Source: Lingula anatina
Taxonomy: Eukaryota; Animalia; Brachiopoda
NCBI GenBank assembly: GCA_051362555.1
Contig: CM120641.1
Coordinates: 12,710,001-12,774,000, forward strand
Length of the DNA stretch: 64,000 nt
Direction of reading: 5' to 3'
Within the stretch, counting starts at the first letter, position 1. Each line of letters begins with the position of its first letter. A model generated the notes under the pieces. That model worked only from the letters and a program-made list of their open reading frames with translations. It did not search any database and was not told the DNA's origin. The position numbers and the translations under genes were made by a program. Positions 61,169-64,000 of the stretch are shown one piece after another.

Positions 61169-61414
61169 TTGACAAAGACAGACACAAGGACATTTCCATT
61201 GATGAGAAAATCGCTTTTAAGTCCCGCCCCCTGTCAATCATCGGAGAAGAAGAAGAGGAGGAGGCTGAGAAACATGACAAAGAATCAACCAAGGAGGAGG
61301 AACTCAGAAAACAGCTTGGGAAGAAACCAGTGGCGGCACCACAGTTTGTCGAGAAACCAAATGACATTACTGTCAATGAAGGGGAGACCATCACAATCAC
61401 CTGCAAGATCTCCG
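61169..61414 (+). CDS. Exon: acidic linker + N-part of the next Ig (APQFVEKPNDITVNEGETITITCKISG); gene continues beyond the window
   Basis: cttcag / gtacgt; phase 1-1; no matching Ig C-half exon found in the window. Confidence 0.9.
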
Positions 61415-61694
61415 GTACGTCAATTTTTAATTATTTTTTTTTTCTATTGCCTTTATTAAATGATATCCAAAACCCATTTTCTATGTCAATACTGGTGCCA
61501 TAGGCGAATCTAGGAGCATAACTTTCTTGATGTTTCATGCTTGCATATACGTAAGGCCGTAGCGAGACGATACTATTTTCTATTCTTGTGACTGCACGAC
61601 TGTGTACCCCCTACATTTCTGAAAACCCTGTAACCAATAATTTGTACCTGCAATAATACCATGCACAAAGACGAGTATTTTTGACAATCGGTTA

Positions 61695-61700
61695 TTTATT
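61695..61700 (-). terminator. PolyA signal of the nested antisense gene
   Basis: AATAAA on the minus strand ~48 nt after the stop at 61748. Confidence 0.55.
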
Positions 61701-61747
61701 CAAATGTTATTAAATTAGTACAAATATTTATGTCAGCGACAATCAAA

Positions 61748-62321
61748 TTATTGGCCGATGAACGAGTTAAGGTTGACGTTAGCAGTGCAATTCTCATTGA
61801 ATACATTGTACGGTTGGTTAGAGAAAGGCAGCGTGAACTTATGGCAACATAAGGTAAGAGCATCTGGGAACACGTGGGTGGAACTATGGACAGAGCCACA
61901 GGCAGTTGCTGTCTTATAGAAAGCCACGATACGACGCCCAGGGGAAGGCAACTTTGCTCCTGCGTTCTCGCACATGACTTGGCCCAATGGCTTCATAGCG
62001 CCTCCCGAGAGCACCTTGGAGGATAGAGACATGGATGCAAGCTTTAACTTTGCCAGGCGCTCACAGTCCTTTGGGCATCTTTGCAGCACGTTGGAGCACT
62101 CAGGGGTGACGCCAGTGTTAACGTTGTTACAGGGGAATAGCTGACGCCGCTTCTTGGATTTGAAGAAAGTTGGATAGACGTCGGTGATTTTCTGGTTTCG
62201 GATGCCGTCATCAATCCACAGGTCATCTCGGCTCTGCCCGTAGACGAGATCTGGAAGTTGAAGAAGCAAGGGTCCCGTTGTGGTTGATGCTTTCTCTTCG
62301 GCATGGAGACTGCACTGACAT
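61748..62321 (-). CDS. Terminal exon of an uncharacterised Cys-rich putative pro-protein
   Basis: Acceptor ctccttacag; ~190 open codons with GC-rich third positions; KSKKRR|QLFPC then 9 Cys; stop followed by AATAAA. Confidence 0.75.
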
Positions 62322-62743
62322 CTGTAAGGAGCAGACGTACAAGAAATTGATAACTCGAAAAAAATAAGTTCTACCCGCCAAATTGTATGTTAAAAGCACA
62401 GGATATGGAGCGGATATTGTATCCAAATAAAGTGATAATTTTTGTGTTCCAAGCTTTCAAAAAATCTTATAAACACCACTCGCAAAATTAAAAAAAAAAA
62501 CGAAATCCGATATCATGTGTGGAGCATGATAACGGCAAGATATGATAATGTATTTTGAAGTGGATCACCGGTAATGAACAAATGATCCGAGAAACGCGTT
62601 TGATTTCAATATTTTAAATGAATGGACAGGGTGAAGTTGACTTGGGCATGAAGAAAACGTGTCGAAAGCGCGATTAAAGTCCGTTTTATTTAGTGTTAAT
62701 AATTCGCCTCTTAATGAATAAAATAAGCGTGATTATAACGTAC

Positions 62744-62771
62744 CGTTCTGTCGCCTGTCCGTTTATAAGGC
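62744..62771 (-). CDS. 28-nt exon of the nested antisense gene (GLINGQATER)
   Basis: tttttttacag / gtacgt; converts phase 1 to the phase 2 needed by the terminal exon. Confidence 0.65.
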
Positions 62772-62893
62772 CTGTAAAAAAACAATAGAAAAGGATTACA
62801 TATTTAAAAAACTCGTTTTTCCTCTCGATTGGAAATGAAATGTTGGAATATGAAATATTTTCCAAGTATTTTCAACAATTTTCCACTACGTAC

Positions 62894-62947
62894 CGACAAT
62901 CGCATCTTTGAAGTACAAACTCGGAAATGCTATACATACTTTCTTTT
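62894..62947 (-). CDS. 54-nt exon of the nested antisense gene (EKKVCIAFPSLYFKDAIV)
   Basis: tttttcag / gtacgt; phase 1-1, open. Confidence 0.55.
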
Positions 62948-63162
62948 CTGAAAAACTAAACCAGATACACCTCACGTCATTTTAGAACAAACATGGCATA
63001 AAAATTAATCTTCTAGTTAACAGGCCGATTTGATAACTAATGTAGCTATTCTTATTAGCTTTTACATCGTTTGAAAAACATTAACGAGACATATTAGACA
63101 TCAGCACATAATATTGAGAAATCTAATATTAGATATGAATACAACGCACTATACTAACGCAC

Positions 63163-63213
63163 CCATTTAAATAAACCAAAACTGTTTGAAATAAGTGGGA
63201 TTGGGGATAACAC
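63163..63213 (-). other. 51-nt exon ending TAA ATG G (probable start-codon exon of the nested gene)
   Basis: Long pyrimidine tract + ctaat + tacag acceptor; G|gtgcgt donor; ATG at 63166-63164 in frame with the downstream exons. Confidence 0.45.
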
Positions 63214-63444
63214 CTGTACATTAGAGGGGATGAAAATGAAAAAAAAGTCATGTTGTTTTAGCGGTTACAAGTTATCATTTTCCTTAGTAGGCCTATTTTA
63301 AAATATCTACAACCTAGAAATATGTGTTTGCCAATCAAATTGATATCACGGAACAAATGTGGCTAAGTCAGCGTCGTTCTCATATTCTTTTTGGAGTGGA
63401 ATTATATTAGGATTGCATATTATGTTGGTCTTAGCATAAAATTA

Positions 63445-63619
63445 TTATATTTTATTACCCCCATAGCATTCCATCGGTTTCACCATTAAGGATGCTATCT
63501 CTTCTTCACCATCCACGTCTCTGACTGACACTTGTTTCACTGGTAGATAGCGCTTATCGTCCAGGTACCCCTCGTCGCTTCGCCATTCATAATCATTTAT
63601 GTTGCAGTTACAATCCCTT
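63445..63619 (-). CDS. Contactin-associated protein (CASPR/neurexin IV)-like fibrinogen-type domain, C-terminal exon
   Basis: RDCNCNINDYEWRSDEGYLDDKRYLPVKQVSVRDVDGEEEIASLMVKPMECYG matches the CNTNAP pattern CNCDAD...W..D.G.L..K..LPV.Q...GDT...EA...VGPL.C.G; poly-T + tag acceptor; ends at TAA 63447-63445 or splices at 63459. Confidence 0.8.
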
Positions 63620-64000
63620 CTAAATTATGAAAAAAAAAAAAAAAAAACAGCATAATGTCCTTAATGAAATATCAATTTTTCTACAGACTTATATTGTTTT
63701 CCATACATAATACCCTCGCCTACATTTCCGTCTAAAATATGCAAACAAACAGCAAAAAAATACAGCACAATGTTCTCAATCAAACATCAATTTTCTACTG
63801 ATTTACGTTGCTCTTCGTGCATTGTTGTTGGCCATGAGACCACGGCAACATATACCCCAAAAGGGTTGATTTGTGAGACAAGCAAAACTTCAGCGCAGAT
63901 AGAAAAAAATATATATATATAAAGGACACGGGCCTGTACCCAGGGGAGAGTTCGGGGGCTTTGAACGAATTGTCATTTTTGCCGGGAAAAGGTCTGCTCA

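Noticed and set aside
62044-62304. Alternative minus-strand frame MPKRKHQPQR (86 aa)
   Set aside because: Ser/Thr-rich off-frame of the longer ORF; the 28-nt upstream exon selects the other frame, which also reaches the polyA signal
63800-64000. GC-richer patches at the window end as further CASPR-like exons
   Set aside because: No frame gave the expected WGG..C.CG motif with compatible splice sites; possibly a repeat, and truncated by the window edge

Overview
AT-rich invertebrate (animal) genomic DNA with spliceosomal introns. Positions 1-~53.5 kb hold most of one large + strand gene, a smooth-muscle-type myosin light chain kinase (MYLK/Stretchin-MLCK-like). Its 5' end lies upstream of the window. 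I assembled it by hand from phase-compatible GT-AG exons: 11 I-set Ig domains, FN3, an intact CAMK-family kinase, an RS20-like calmodulin-binding segment and a terminal telokin-like Ig. The gene contains two giant exons: a 4.1 kb symmetric exon with repeated actin-binding-like motifs, and a 3.2 kb probable alternative first exon starting MGSVSSK (N-myristoylation consensus) with an intronless FN3. After ~53.9 kb the DNA switches from CpG-poor to CpG-normal. This part carries more + strand Ig exons (a second gene or an alternative 3' end), a piggyBac transposase relic and antisense genes nested in an intron. The antisense genes are a CASPR/neurexin-IV-like fibrinogen-domain exon and an unrecognised Cys-rich, convertase-cleaved pro-protein, possibly linked through an in-frame TAA-ATG junction. 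All exon models come from splice signals, phase and translation only; no transcript evidence was available.
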